A DNA stretch of 64,000 nucleotides from an uncultured Fibrobacteria bacterium (GTDB lineage Bacteria > Fibrobacterota > Fibrobacteria > UBA11236): contig OY970309.1 of the NCBI GenBank assembly GCA_963716395.1, forward strand, positions 960,001-1,024,000, in the 5' to 3' direction. The notes under the pieces were generated by a model. That model was given only the letters and a program-made list of their open reading frames with translations. It did not search any database and was not told where the DNA came from. A program made the position numbers and the translations under genes. Position 1 is the stretch's first letter; each line of letters starts with the position of its first letter. Shown here in pieces: positions 40,586-58,711 of this stretch.

Positions 40586-41220
40586 ACGCCCGCTCCTCCG
40601 CGCATTTCGAGCAGCGATTTCAGGGCCGAGGCCGTGAAGACCACGTTGTCGGAATTGAGCAATCCGTAAGTGTGCATGTCCTGGACGCGTTCGACTTTCA
40701 CACCGGGAAGATTGCGGGCGGCCAACAGCAAATCGCGCTCGGGTTTTTCCACCACGATCAGGTTTTTAGACCCCGCGAGACTGGCCTTTTGCAGTAGGCC
40801 GGCGAGATCCCGGGTTTTGGGGCCGGAAATTCCGATGCTTTCGAACACATAGACCCGGCTTTCGCGCGCCTTCAGACTCAAGGCCGACACGAAGGCCTTG
40901 CGCTTCTGTTTTTGATTGATGTCACGGGAATATTTATGCGGCAGGGGGCCATGCGCCTTGCCGCCGCGCGCCCAGTTGGGGGCCGTATTCGATCCCTGGC
41001 GCGCCTGGCCGGTGCCCTTTTGCTTCCAGGGCTTGTGCCCGCCGCCCGAAACTTCGGAGCGGCTCTTGGTCTTATGCGTGCCCTGCCGCTGGTTGGAGAG
41101 GTACACGTATACGGCCTGGAACATGACGGGCTCGCTCACTTCTTGCTCGAAGTGCGAGGCGGGAAGATCGATGTCTTCTTTATAGGCGCCGTCGGGCGCA
41201 TGCAACTTCGCCTTAGCCAT
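40582..41220 (-). CDS. rplD: 50S ribosomal protein L4
   Basis: [25 protein letters not shown]. Confidence 0.97.
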   Translation of the reverse strand: MAKAKLHAPDGAYKEDIDLPASHFEQEVSEPVMFQAVYVYLSNQRQGTHKTKSRSEVSGGGHKPWKQKGTGQARQGSNTAPNWARGGKAHGPLPHKYSRDINQKQKRKAFVSALSLKARESRVYVFESIGISGPKTRDLAGLLQKASLAGSKNLIVVEKPERDLLLAARNLPGVKVERVQDMHTYGLLNSDNVVFTASALKSLLEMRGGAGV

Positions 41221-41836
41221 GTTGCTTCCTCACAATCACCTTGGCGTTGGTTCCGCCGGGCAGAGCGCCTTTGATGAAGAGCAGATTTTTTTCCACGTCG
41301 ACTTTCACGACCTCGAGATTCTTGTAGGTCTTCTGCTCGACGCCCATGTGCCCGCCCAGGCGTTTGCCCGGAAAGACGCGCGCCGGATAGGAATGCGCAC
41401 CCATGGATCCGGGCGCGCGCACGTTTTTAGAACCATGGGCCGAGGGCCCGCGCTTGAATTTGTGGCGCTTGATGGTGCCGGCGAAGCCTCGGCCTTTGCT
41501 GGTGCCGGTGACCGTCACTTTTTTGTCCTCGTTGAAAATCGAAAGGTCGTATTGTTTGCCGACTTCCCAGCCCGCGAGATCTTCGAGGCGGAACTCGGCG
41601 ATCCAACGCGCCGGCGTCAGTCCGGATTTTTCGAATTGGCCCTTTTGCGCCTTGGCTACATGCTTGTCTTTGCGGCTTCCGGTGGCCACCTGAATGGCCT
41701 GATAACCGTCTTTGTCTTTGGTCTTCACGGCCAACACCGTGGTCGGCAACGCCTCCACCACGGTAACCGGCACCGGCTGGCCTTCGGCGGTGAAGATCTG
41801 GGTCATGCCCAATTTTTTTCCGATGATTCCGAGCAT
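41213..41836 (-). CDS. rplC: 50S ribosomal protein L3
   Basis: [19 protein letters not shown]. Confidence 0.97.
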   Translation of the reverse strand: MLGIIGKKLGMTQIFTAEGQPVPVTVVEALPTTVLAVKTKDKDGYQAIQVATGSRKDKHVAKAQKGQFEKSGLTPARWIAEFRLEDLAGWEVGKQYDLSIFNEDKKVTVTGTSKGRGFAGTIKRHKFKRGPSAHGSKNVRAPGSMGAHSYPARVFPGKRLGGHMGVEQKTYKNLEVVKVDVEKNLLFIKGALPGGTNAKVIVRKQHG

Positions 41837-41838
41837 GT

Positions 41839-42147
41839 TTACACCTTGATTTCCACCTCGACGCCGGCCGGCAGATCCAGCTTCATCAGCGAGTCGATGG
41901 TTTGCGGGGTGGAGTCGAGAATGTCGATGAGGCGTTTGTGGGTCCGCATTTCAAATTGCTCGCGCGAGGTCTTGTCGATATGCGGGGAACGAAGGACGGT
42001 GTAAATGCGCTTCTTGGTCGGCAAGGGTATGGGCCCGACGATTTTCGCGCCCGTGTTGCGCACGGTGCGCACGATGTCGGCGGTCGACCGATCGATCATG
42101 CGATGGTCGAACGACTTGAGTCGGATTCTGATTCTTTGTCCAGCCAC
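41839..42147 (-). CDS. rpsJ: 30S ribosomal protein S10
   Basis: [28 protein letters not shown]. Confidence 0.98.
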   Translation of the reverse strand: MAGQRIRIRLKSFDHRMIDRSTADIVRTVRNTGAKIVGPIPLPTKKRIYTVLRSPHIDKTSREQFEMRTHKRLIDILDSTPQTIDSLMKLDLPAGVEVEIKV

Positions 42148-42237
42148 AGCACGAACCTCTTCTCTTTAGTCCGTAAATCCCTTTGCCGATTTCACAGAAC
42201 AGGTCGGGCGCCAGGCCCGGCCTTCCGAATCTTCAGC

Positions 42238-43428
42238 CTATTGCACGATCTCCGTCACGACGCCGGCGCCGACGGTTTTTCCGCCTTCCCGGATGGCGAA
42301 GCGAAGGTCTTTGGCCATCGCGATCGGCGCGATCAACTCCACCGTGATCGACACGTTGTCCCCCGGCATCACCATCTCCACCCCCGACGGCAGGTTCAAC
42401 TGACCCGTCACATCCGTGGTCCGGAAATAGAACTGCGGACGGTACCCCGTGAAAAACGGCGTATGCCGGCCCCCTTCATCCTTCGACAGCACGTACACTT
42501 CCGCCTTGAAGTGCGTATGCGGCGTAATCGTCCCAGGCTTCGCCAACACCTGGCCCCGCTCGATGTCCTGCTTCTCCGCGCCCCGCAACAGGATGCCGAT
42601 ATTGTCCCCCGCCTGCGCTTCGTCCAATAGCTTCCGGAACATCTCCACGCCCGTCACCACAAACTTCTTGCTCTCGCCCAAACCTACGCGTTCCACTTCT
42701 TCCGACACCTTCACCTTGCCCGCTTCCACGCGACCCGTCGCCACCGTGCCCCGGCCCGTGATGCTGAACACGTCTTCCACGCTCATCAAAAACGGCTTGT
42801 CCACCGCCCGCACCGGCGTCGGAATGTAAGAGTCCACCGCTTCCATCAGCTTCAGGATGGCCGGCTCCCCAATTTCGCTCGTGTCGCCTTCCAGCGCTTT
42901 TACCGCGCTCCCCCGGATGACGGGAATCTTGTCCCCGGGAAACTGGTACTTGCTCAACAGCTCCCGCACTTCCATCTCCACCAGGTCCAACAGTTCCGGG
43001 TCGTCCACCATGTCCACTTTGTTCATGAACACCACGATGTAGGGTACGCCCACCTGTCGCGCCAACAGAATGTGCTCGCGCGTCTGCGGCATGGGGCCGT
43101 CGGCCGCCGACACCACCAGAATCGCGCCATCCATCTGCGCCGCGCCCGTCACCATGTTCTTCACATAGTCGGCATGCCCCGGGCAATCCACGTGCGCGTA
43201 ATGCCGGTTCGCCGTCTCGTATTCGACATGCGAGGTGTTGATGGTGATGCCACGCTCCCGTTCTTCCGGAGCGTTGTCGATTTCACCGTAGCTCTTGGCC
43301 GTCGCCCATCCCGATTTCGACAGCACCTTGGTGATGGCCGCCGTCAGCGAGGTCTTCCCGTGATCCACGTGGCCAATCGTCCCTACGTTCACATGCGGCT
43401 TCGTCCGCTCAAATTTGGCCTTCGCCAT
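42238..43428 (-). CDS. tuf: Elongation factor Tu (str-locus copy)
   Basis: [22 protein letters not shown]; protein identical to the copy at 58712-59902. Confidence 0.99.
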   Translation of the reverse strand: MAKAKFERTKPHVNVGTIGHVDHGKTSLTAAITKVLSKSGWATAKSYGEIDNAPEERERGITINTSHVEYETANRHYAHVDCPGHADYVKNMVTGAAQMDGAILVVSAADGPMPQTREHILLARQVGVPYIVVFMNKVDMVDDPELLDLVEMEVRELLSKYQFPGDKIPVIRGSAVKALEGDTSEIGEPAILKLMEAVDSYIPTPVRAVDKPFLMSVEDVFSITGRGTVATGRVEAGKVKVSEEVERVGLGESKKFVVTGVEMFRKLLDEAQAGDNIGILLRGAEKQDIERGQVLAKPGTITPHTHFKAEVYVLSKDEGGRHTPFFTGYRPQFYFRTTDVTGQLNLPSGVEMVMPGDNVSITVELIAPIAMAKDLRFAIREGGKTVGAGVVTEIVQ

Positions 43429-43526
43429 GATGCTATTGCCACTCCTCTATTTTGAATTCCACTCGCCGGATTTCCACCCGGACTCCACTTTTGTTTTCCT
43501 TCGCGAAGGAAGGACTTCCGAAGTTT

Positions 43527-45452
43527 TCAGTCCCGCCGTTTGACGCCGTGTTTCTCGTACGTCAGGACGAAAACCCCCAACCCTTTGGAAAGGGAGCGCA
43601 GCAAGGTAGTATAGCCAAAAGTGTTCTCCAAGGGTATCTCCAGAAGGATAACCGAGTTACGCCCGTCGGCATCTATCTTGCGAATCACCCCTCCGCGGGC
43701 CGCGAGATCGGAAAGAATGGCTCCGCAGAACTCCTCCGGCGCGATGATTTCGAGCTTCATCATCGGTTCAAAGATCTCAAACTGGGCGCACAGCAGGTTC
43801 AGCCGCATCCCATCGGTAACGGCCTTGGCCAAAAGCGGTAGGGGAAGGGGGCGCACGCTGCCGCGCAGCGATCGAACGACAAGCTCCAAGGCGGCGATTT
43901 CGCCGTAACCGCATACGCCCTGGGTGCAGAAAGATTTGAAGCAGTCGCGCAGCACCTCGGCCTCTTCCGCCCCGGCGTCCTCCGGAATCAATATGTGATT
44001 TTCGTCACCATATGTTCGTGGAATTGCGTCCAGTTCCAACTCGACCTCGGCGCCGAAGGCTTTGGCGGCGTGGATCCATCCGGTGGCCGGACGCTTCAGC
44101 TTTTCCAAATAGCGTACCCAAGGCGCGCCCACGCGTACATTGCAGCCGTGCTCGGTTTTGAGCCGCTTGCAAAACACATCCAGTTGCAATTCGCCCACGG
44201 TGCGGATGATCCAGCCGCCGGTGGCGGCCTCGGGTTCGATCCGGATGGAGGGATCGGTTCCGGATATTTCCTCCAGCGCCCGGCGCAAGGTTTCGGAGTC
44301 GGCAGCCTCGGCCGCTTCCAGACGGGCCTGCAGCAGGGGGAGGTACCCTTTGGGATGGGTTCGATCCGCCGCGCCGGGGCGCAACACCCGGCCGATAGGG
44401 TAGACCTGCGGCGCCTGCAACGCCACGATGTCGCCGGCTTCCACGGCGTGGATTTCCTCGAGATGCTCGGCGAACACACGGAAAAAACGTGTGCCCGGTA
44501 ACTTTGAGGTAACTGCCGGCGAAAATACTTTGGCCAGGACGATTTTGCCGATGCCCCGGTACCAGCGCAGTTTGAGCGCGAAGCCGAGCGATTCTTCGGC
44601 GTCGTCGGGCACGGTCGGCGGCGGCAGCAATTGGTTGATGCCGTTCAACAATTGGCGCATGCCCACATTTTTGAGTGCCGATCCCATGAACACCGGCGCG
44701 CCCGCGCCCTGGGCGATTCCGTCGCGCACGCCTTGCAAAAGCGCACCGGCCTCGGCTTCACCGCCCTGCACGTAGGTTTCGAGCACCGCGTCGTTGAAGC
44801 GCGAGGCGAAGTCCACCAATTCGCGGCGGAACGTTCGATAGGCTTCGGCCTGCGCGGCGGGAATGTCGCCCTTGATCAATTTGCGCGGATTTTCCATGGA
44901 ACGGAACAGGGCCAACTGATGCGCCACATCGACCACGCCGTCGATTTTTCCGTCAACATAAACGGGAAAGGTGAGCACCACCGGCCGGACTTTGAACAGA
45001 ATTTGGATTTGTTCCAGCACCTTGCCGAAGTCGGCGCCCGGCACGTCCAGTTTATTGATGAACAACAGCGGCCGGTTGCGGTTGCGCTGGATTTTCTCCC
45101 AGGCTTCCAAGGTCTGCGACTCCAAGCCCCGCGGGCCCGAAATGACCAAGATCACGCCTTCGACCGATTGCAGGGCGAAATCGACTTCGACCCCGAAGTC
45201 GACGTGGCCGGGCGTGTCGACGAAGGTGGTGCGCACGCCTTTCCAGGTATACGAGGCGATGCCGGCCTCGATGGTGATGCCGCGCTTCCTTTCCTCTTCG
45301 AGGTAATCCATGGTGGCCAAGCCCTCGTCGACTTCGCCCAGACCGGCGATGGTATCGCTGAAGTAGAGTAACCTCTCGGATACCGTGGTTTTGCCCGCGT
45401 CGACGTGGGCCAAAATGGCGATGTTGCGCTTGTTCTCCAATGCAGACGCCAT
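43527..45452 (-). CDS. Divergent elongation factor G-like GTPase at the fusA position
   Basis: AHVDAGKTT, RGITI, DTPGH, NKLD, GSALK; G' region present; domain V EPMM intact; domains II and IV degenerate. Confidence 0.88.
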   Translation of the reverse strand: MASALENKRNIAILAHVDAGKTTVSERLLYFSDTIAGLGEVDEGLATMDYLEEERKRGITIEAGIASYTWKGVRTTFVDTPGHVDFGVEVDFALQSVEGVILVISGPRGLESQTLEAWEKIQRNRNRPLLFINKLDVPGADFGKVLEQIQILFKVRPVVLTFPVYVDGKIDGVVDVAHQLALFRSMENPRKLIKGDIPAAQAEAYRTFRRELVDFASRFNDAVLETYVQGGEAEAGALLQGVRDGIAQGAGAPVFMGSALKNVGMRQLLNGINQLLPPPTVPDDAEESLGFALKLRWYRGIGKIVLAKVFSPAVTSKLPGTRFFRVFAEHLEEIHAVEAGDIVALQAPQVYPIGRVLRPGAADRTHPKGYLPLLQARLEAAEAADSETLRRALEEISGTDPSIRIEPEAATGGWIIRTVGELQLDVFCKRLKTEHGCNVRVGAPWVRYLEKLKRPATGWIHAAKAFGAEVELELDAIPRTYGDENHILIPEDAGAEEAEVLRDCFKSFCTQGVCGYGEIAALELVVRSLRGSVRPLPLPLLAKAVTDGMRLNLLCAQFEIFEPMMKLEIIAPEEFCGAILSDLAARGGVIRKIDADGRNSVILLEIPLENTFGYTTLLRSLSKGLGVFVLTYEKHGVKRRD

Positions 45453-45512
45453 GGGGGTTTTATTATAGAATAGCCGCCCGACGTCGGACCGGACGCCGCG
45501 TCGGTCGGAAAG

Positions 45513-46418
45513 TCAGAAGGAATAGCCGATTTTGATCATCGGCAGCAACAGCAGGTTTCCCAGATCTTCGCTCAGCACGCGAAAGCCGCAAATGGCGGCG
45601 CTGAGCCTCTGGCCGTGAATGCGAATCCCGAGGTTGAGAATCGATTCGTTCTGCGTGGTGCCTAGAAACTCGCCGCCCCATAGGAATTCAACGAGAAAAT
45701 CCACGTTCGCGGTTGCGCGCTGGTCACCGCCCACAGCCAGCGACACCGCGCTGTGCGTTTCGGTGCCGCCGTTCGCTTGCTCCCACGAACCCGCTCCACC
45801 GGCAGCCACATGGAGGTCTGCGAAATCCGAACCGGAGTCCGGACCGCTGAAAGCATAGGAACCGACCGCATTCGCCGTCCAAACTCCGGGGAAATCGCTG
45901 GTATTCGATCCCGACAACAGGGATATATCGCCGGTCAAAGCCAAGGCGAAATTCTTGGCGGGCGTTTGAAACAAACGCTGCTTGAACCCCAAGGTGTAGG
46001 CTTCGAGATCGGCCGGATCGAAGGGAAACAAAGCGCCCACGGTCAGCGAGGTCGTGGCGGTGGGCGAATAACTCATGGTCAGAAAAACCAATTCGAAGTC
46101 ATCGAAAGACCAGGTGCCGGCCGGCGGCGTAAAGGCCGTGGGCATCAGCACCATCGATCGGGCGGCGTTTTCCGTCGCTTCGTTTTGCCGGGGAGCCGGC
46201 GCGGCAGTCGGCTTCGGGGTCGAGGTGTCGGCCAGGGCGGTTTTCGGCACACGTACCTCGCCCAGATCGGGCGTGCGAATCACCACTACGCTGTCGTCGC
46301 TGCGGATTCGTTCCCCCTGCAGAACGGTGCCGTCTTTGAGGTGAATGGCTTCGCCCCAGGACGAAACGAGGCATAGACAGAAAAAAGTGAGGAACCTGGT
46401 CTCGCGGATTTTTTTCAT
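45513..46418 (-). CDS. Exported, probable outer-membrane beta-barrel protein
   Basis: Signal peptide; small N-terminal beta domain (IHLKDGTVLQG), Pro/Thr linker, amphipathic beta strands, C-terminal KIGYSF. Confidence 0.7.
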   Translation of the reverse strand: MKKIRETRFLTFFCLCLVSSWGEAIHLKDGTVLQGERIRSDDSVVVIRTPDLGEVRVPKTALADTSTPKPTAAPAPRQNEATENAARSMVLMPTAFTPPAGTWSFDDFELVFLTMSYSPTATTSLTVGALFPFDPADLEAYTLGFKQRLFQTPAKNFALALTGDISLLSGSNTSDFPGVWTANAVGSYAFSGPDSGSDFADLHVAAGGAGSWEQANGGTETHSAVSLAVGGDQRATANVDFLVEFLWGGEFLGTTQNESILNLGIRIHGQRLSAAICGFRVLSEDLGNLLLLPMIKIGYSF

Positions 46419-46495
46419 TCCGTGACGCTCGGGACAATATTACTTCGCAATCCCTGAGACGTCGCCGACGCGGATTTGGTAATGCGGGACATCAC

Positions 46496-46522
46496 AAAAA
46501 AGCCCGCCGGCGGCGGGCTTTT
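46496..46522 (-). terminator. Intrinsic terminator after rpsG
   Basis: Minus strand AAAA-GCCCGCC-GCC-GGCGGGC-TTTTTT. Confidence 0.85.
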
Positions 46523-46540
46523 CCAAAAATGGACGCGTTG

Positions 46541-47017
46541 TTACCAGCGGAAATGAGCGAAGGCCTTGTTCGATTCGGCCATGCGGTGGATATCCTGCCG
46601 CTTTTTGACCGCGTTGCCTTCGTTATTCAGGGCCTGAATCAATTCGGCCGACAGACGGCGCGTCATGTCTTTTTCGTTGCGACCTTGGGCCGCGTCTTTG
46701 AGCCAGCGTAAGGCCAATGCCGTACGCCGCGCAGGCGAAACTTCGACCGGCACCTGATAATTGGCGCCGCCCACGCGCCGTGATTTCACTTCGAGCGTGG
46801 GTTTGACGTTGTTGAGCGCGGACTTGAAAAGACTGAGTTCGTCCTCTTCGCCGCCCACCTTCTTTTTGAATTCCTTCAAGGCGGTGTAGACGATGTTCTC
46901 GGCCACCGATTTTTTGCCTCGGCTGATGACCACATTCATGAACTGTGTCAGCAAGGTGCTGTTGTAACGCGGATCCGGGTAGATGCGGCGCCGGTCGGCT
47001 CGTTTCCGTCTTGACAT
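46541..47017 (-). CDS. rpsG: 30S ribosomal protein S7
   Basis: GKKS.AE, EVKSRRVGGANYQVP, NKAFAHFRW. Confidence 0.98.
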   Translation of the reverse strand: MSRRKRADRRRIYPDPRYNSTLLTQFMNVVISRGKKSVAENIVYTALKEFKKKVGGEEDELSLFKSALNNVKPTLEVKSRRVGGANYQVPVEVSPARRTALALRWLKDAAQGRNEKDMTRRLSAELIQALNNEGNAVKKRQDIHRMAESNKAFAHFRW

Positions 47018-47038
47018 GGGAAGTCCTGGGCTTGCGGT

Positions 47039-47458
47039 TTACTTCTTGCCTTTGGCGGCGGGCGCGGCTTTGCCGGCCGGGGCCCCAGCCTTGGGCTTCT
47101 TGACGCCGTACAGAGAACGGCTTTGGCGGCGGCCTTCCACCCCCGAGGTATCGAGGGTGCCGCGGATGATGTGGTAGCGCACTCCCGGAACGTCTTTCAC
47201 GCGTCCGCCGCGGATCAACACGATGGAATGCTCCTGCAAATTGTGGCCTTCGCCCGGAATGTAGCAGGTCACTTCCATCTTGTTCGAAAGGCGCACGCGG
47301 GCGATTTTGCGCAGGGCCGAATTGGGTTTCTTCGGAGTCGTGGTATATACGCGCGTGCAAACGCCGCGCTTCTGCGGACTGCCCATGAGCGCGGGCGCCT
47401 TGCTTTTGCTGCGCTGCGCCTGGCGGCCCTTGCGGATGAGTTGGTTGATGGTCGGCAC
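47039..47458 (-). CDS. rpsL: 30S ribosomal protein S12
   Basis: [22 protein letters not shown]. Confidence 0.98.
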   Translation of the reverse strand: MPTINQLIRKGRQAQRSKSKAPALMGSPQKRGVCTRVYTTTPKKPNSALRKIARVRLSNKMEVTCYIPGEGHNLQEHSIVLIRGGRVKDVPGVRYHIIRGTLDTSGVEGRRQSRSLYGVKKPKAGAPAGKAAPAAKGKK

Positions 47459-47516
47459 TCGGACTCCGGTTTTTGGGTGGTGAAAGTTACCTCAAACGCG
47501 CATTTAGTGTCAATGC

Positions 47517-51632
<4,116 letters not shown>

Positions 51633-51753
51633 CGGCTTCTCCCTTGTATCTCGACCCTGGAACAGCGTCGGCGCAGCGGCGCTTCACACCAAAACAAACG
51701 GGCGGAATCCCGTTCAGTGCGGCGACGCGAAATCGGCTTCTTTAACCGCGCCG

Positions 51754-55515
<3,762 letters not shown>

Positions 55516-55606
55516 GTTACCCAACTTCCGTTCCCGGGCTGCGCGCCGTAATTCGACGGCCGCCCACTGTGATCCGGCCTTGCGCATCGCCGCGCCGGAA
55601 AACGGC

Positions 55607-55639
55607 AAAACGCCGTGGCCGCGACGCGGTCAAGGCGTT
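55607..55639 (-). terminator. Putative attenuator hairpin between rplL and rpoB
   Basis: Minus strand AACGCC-TTGACCGCG-T-CGCGGCCA-CGGCGTTTT. Confidence 0.5.
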
Positions 55640-55679
55640 GTTGAAATGAGCTTTTCTGCGATCTGTCTTGGCCAAAGAG

Positions 55680-56081
55680 TTACTTCAGCGTGACCTTGGC
55701 ACCGGCGTCCTCGAGCTCCTTTTTCCACTTTTCGGCGTCGGCCTTGGTGGCCGCTTCTTTCACGGTTTTCGGCGCGCCGTCGACCAGGGCCTTGGCTTCG
55801 GCCAAACCCAAGCTGGTGATGGTGCGGACCACCTTGATCACGTTGATCTTGTTGGCGCCCGCGCTCTCCAAGACCAAATCGAACTCGGTCTTTTCGGCGG
55901 CGGCTTCTCCGCCCGCGGCGCCTCCCGCGGCCGGCATGATGGCCACGGCCGACGCGGCCGCGGCTTCAAGGCCGTACACGTTTTTCAGGTAGTCGGACAA
56001 CTCCTTAGCCTGTAGCAAGGACAGGGCGACGATTTTATCGCCGAGATCCTTGATGGCGGGTGTATAGGTTGCTTCGGACAT
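55680..56081 (-). CDS. rplL: 50S ribosomal protein L7/L12
   Basis: Ala-rich hinge, KTEFD, KI.VIKVVR, LGLAEAK. Confidence 0.98.
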   Translation of the reverse strand: MSEATYTPAIKDLGDKIVALSLLQAKELSDYLKNVYGLEAAAASAVAIMPAAGGAAGGEAAAEKTEFDLVLESAGANKINVIKVVRTITSLGLAEAKALVDGAPKTVKEAATKADAEKWKKELEDAGAKVTLK

Positions 56082-56157
56082 AATGCTCTCCTCCGTAGGT
56101 GAGATTGTTGTTCAGTGTTTGTCTCAGTCTTCGCTCCGCCGCATCCGGCGTCGCTGC

Positions 56158-56721
56158 TTAGGCTCCGCTCTTTTCGCCTTGCGGCTGACTCAGGGCCTCG
56201 CCCTTTTCCAACTTCTCGATCAAGCCCTTGATTTGACCCGCAATCTTGGCGCCCGGACCTTTGAACAAGGCCAACAGATTTCCGCCGGCGCCCAGAGCCA
56301 AACTCACGACCTGGGCTTGTAATTCGCGCTTGCCCGGCATCTTCGCCAAGGTTTCCATCTGCTCGCCGGGATAAACCTGTCCGTCGATGTGCACACCTTT
56401 GAGGGCCAGGGCATTCTCATTTTGCTTGAGAAAATCCGCCAACATTTTCGCCGGCGCAATCGGGTCTTCTTTGTCGGCAAGAATGAGGGCCGTAGGCCCG
56501 GCCAAATACCCGTCGAGACCCTGGACGCCGACGTTTGCGAGCGCACGTTGAATTAAGGTGTTCTTGGCCACGCGCATGCTCACGCCTTTTTTGCGCAGGT
56601 TTCGGCGCAACAGGGTGACCTTCTCCACCGTGAGGCCGGTAAAATCGGCGAGATAAACCCCGCTGGTCCCCTTCAGGGAATCGGTCAATTCCGATACCAC
56701 TTCACTTTTTGCCATCGCCAT
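56158..56721 (-). CDS. rplJ: 50S ribosomal protein L10
   Basis: DFTGLTV, VAKNTL, GPTA. Confidence 0.96.
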   Translation of the reverse strand: MAMAKSEVVSELTDSLKGTSGVYLADFTGLTVEKVTLLRRNLRKKGVSMRVAKNTLIQRALANVGVQGLDGYLAGPTALILADKEDPIAPAKMLADFLKQNENALALKGVHIDGQVYPGEQMETLAKMPGKRELQAQVVSLALGAGGNLLALFKGPGAKIAGQIKGLIEKLEKGEALSQPQGEKSGA

Positions 56722-56729
56722 GAGGCCTC

Positions 56730-57419
56730 CTACTTCACCAACGACCGATCCACGCGCACGCCCGGAGTCATGGTTCCCGCCAAGGTGATGCTGCGGACAT
56801 ACACGCCTTTGGCGGTGGAAGGCTTGGCCTTCACGACCGAATCGATCACCACCATCGCATTTTCTTTAAGCTGGTCCACGCTGAACGACAGTTTACCCAG
56901 GGGGGCATGCACATTGGACCCCTTGTCGACGCGGTACGAAATTTTTCCCGATTTCAACTCTTTGATCACTTGGGCGACATTGACCGTCACCGTACCCGCC
57001 TTGGGGCTGGGCATGAGGCCGCGGGGGCCCAGCACGCGGGCGATGCGGCCCACCAGGGGCATCATGTCGGGCGTGGCCACCACGGCGTCGAAGTCCATCC
57101 AGCCTTCCTGGATTTTCTTCACCATCTCCTCGGCGCCCACGTAGTCGGCGCCGGCCTGCTGCGCGGCCTTCTCGAGCTCGCCTTTGGCGAATACCAAGAT
57201 GCGCACCTTCTTGCCCGTACCGTGCGGCAGTACGACGTTGCCGCGCACCACCTGGTCGCTGTGCTTGGGATCCACGCCGAGATGCATGTGCACTTCGAGC
57301 GTGGGATCGAATTTGAATTTGTTATTGTCGCGCAATAACTGCACGGCCTGGCCCAGTTCGTACTCGGTGCCGGGTTGGATTTTCTCGGCGAGGCCGCGGT
57401 AATTTTTGCTTCGTTTCAT
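56730..57419 (-). CDS. rplA: 50S ribosomal protein L1
   Basis: LPHGTGK, LGPRGLMPSPK.GTVT. Confidence 0.98.
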   Translation of the reverse strand: MKRSKNYRGLAEKIQPGTEYELGQAVQLLRDNNKFKFDPTLEVHMHLGVDPKHSDQVVRGNVVLPHGTGKKVRILVFAKGELEKAAQQAGADYVGAEEMVKKIQEGWMDFDAVVATPDMMPLVGRIARVLGPRGLMPSPKAGTVTVNVAQVIKELKSGKISYRVDKGSNVHAPLGKLSFSVDQLKENAMVVIDSVVKAKPSTAKGVYVRSITLAGTMTPGVRVDRSLVK

Positions 57420-57435
57420 CGTCTCCGCCTTGTTT

Positions 57436-57861
57436 TCACGCCTCGATTTCGAGACCGATGCTTTTGGCCGTGCCTGCGACCATGGAGCAGGCCGCTTCGA
57501 GGTTTTCGGTGTTGAGATCCGGCAGCTTCATCTTGGCGATTTCCTGAATTTGTTGGGCGGTGATTTTGCCCACCTTCTTGCGGTTGGGTTCGCCCGAGCC
57601 TTTTTCCAGACTGATGGCCTTCTTGAGGAGTTCGGCCACGGGCGGGGTCTTGGTAATGAAGGTGAAGGAGCGATCCGCGTACACGGTGATGACCACCGGA
57701 ATGATGTAGCCCTTCTTGTCCTGCGTCGCGGCGTTGAACGCCTTGCAGAACTCCATGATGTTGAGGCCGCGCTGGCCCAGTGCCGGCCCGATGGGCGGCG
57801 ACGGATTGGCCGCACCCGCCGGCACTTGCAGCTTGATGTATCCCGTAATTTTCTTCGCCAC
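57436..57861 (-). CDS. rplK: 50S ribosomal protein L11
   Basis: [23 protein letters not shown]. Confidence 0.98.
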   Translation of the reverse strand: MAKKITGYIKLQVPAGAANPSPPIGPALGQRGLNIMEFCKAFNAATQDKKGYIIPVVITVYADRSFTFITKTPPVAELLKKAISLEKGSGEPNRKKVGKITAQQIQEIAKMKLPDLNTENLEAACSMVAGTAKSIGLEIEA

Positions 57862-57884
57862 CTTAACTCCCTAACCGTTGCGCG

Positions 57885-58412
57885 TCAGACCGTGTCCACT
57901 TGACCGAAATCGAGCTCCACCGGAGTGGATCGGCCGAATACGCTGACCATGACCTTGAGTTTGCCTTTTTCCGGATTGATCTCTTCGACCACACCATCGA
58001 AATCTTTGAAGGGCCCGTCTTTGATGCGGATCTTTTCCCCGCTGCGGAAGGGGATTTCCATGACCTTGGTTTCCTGCACCTCGGGCGAGTTCTGCCCGAG
58101 CAGCCGATCCACTTCGCCTTTGCGCAGCGGTTGGGGTTTTTCCACACCCACGAAATGCGTCACGCCGGGAATGTCGGTCACGGTATGCATGGTGTCTTTG
58201 TTCATTTCCATCTCGATCAGCAGATAACTGGGAAAGAACTTCTTGTCGCGCGTGGTTTTCTTTCCCTTCTGCACCGTGGTGACTTCGCGCATGGGCAAAA
58301 GCACTTGGCCGAACTGATCCTTCATCCCATTTTTCTCAATCACCGTTTCAAGGTGCTGCTGCACCTTGTTTTCCTGACCGGAGTAGGTATGGACCACGTA
58401 CCACTTTTTCAC
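57885..58412 (-). CDS. nusG: Transcription termination/antitermination factor NusG
   Basis: WYVVHTYSGQE, FPSY, KOW GPF..F.G, FGRSTPVEL. Confidence 0.97.
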   Translation of the reverse strand: MKKWYVVHTYSGQENKVQQHLETVIEKNGMKDQFGQVLLPMREVTTVQKGKKTTRDKKFFPSYLLIEMEMNKDTMHTVTDIPGVTHFVGVEKPQPLRKGEVDRLLGQNSPEVQETKVMEIPFRSGEKIRIKDGPFKDFDGVVEEINPEKGKLKVMVSVFGRSTPVELDFGQVDTV

Positions 58413-58432
58413 GTCTGCATACCCCTCTGTCT

Positions 58433-58615
58433 TCAACCCAACACCAACCGAACGATGTACCCGAGGACGAAATCGACGGTGCCCACGAACACCATCGAGA
58501 TCAAGGTGAAAATGATGACCGTGATGGTCGCCCCTTTCAGCTCGTCCCGCGTCGGCCAGGTCACCTTGCGGAGTTCCTGGATAACGTCCCGGATGTAATT
58601 CTGCAACCGCCGCAT
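58433..58615 (-). CDS. secE: Preprotein translocase subunit SecE
   Basis: ELRKVTWP followed by one TM helix. Confidence 0.95.
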   Translation of the reverse strand: MRRLQNYIRDVIQELRKVTWPTRDELKGATITVIIFTLISMVFVGTVDFVLGYIVRLVLG

Positions 58616-58625
58616 GTTTCGTTAC

Positions 58626-58698
58626 CAGGCCTGAAGGGACTCGAACCCCCAACCAACGGTTTTGGAGACCGCTACTCTACCAATTGAGCTACAGACCT
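58626..58698 (-). tRNA. tRNA-Trp(CCA), CCA end not encoded
   Basis: AGGTCTG acceptor stem, anticodon loop CTCCAAA, TTCGA T-loop. Confidence 0.95.
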
Positions 58699-58711
58699 CG
58701 GTTCCTTTCTG

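Noticed and set aside
20259-42189. Identical 15-mer AAATCCCTTTGCCGA at 20259 and 42175, both in leaders
   Set aside because: A few 15-mer matches are expected by chance in 64 kb, and the flanks do not align.
43527-45452. TetM/TetO ribosomal protection protein (similar length, AHVDAGKTT)
   Set aside because: No YSPVST-type domain IV loop; retains an EF-G-style G' region and sits at the fusA position with host-like composition.
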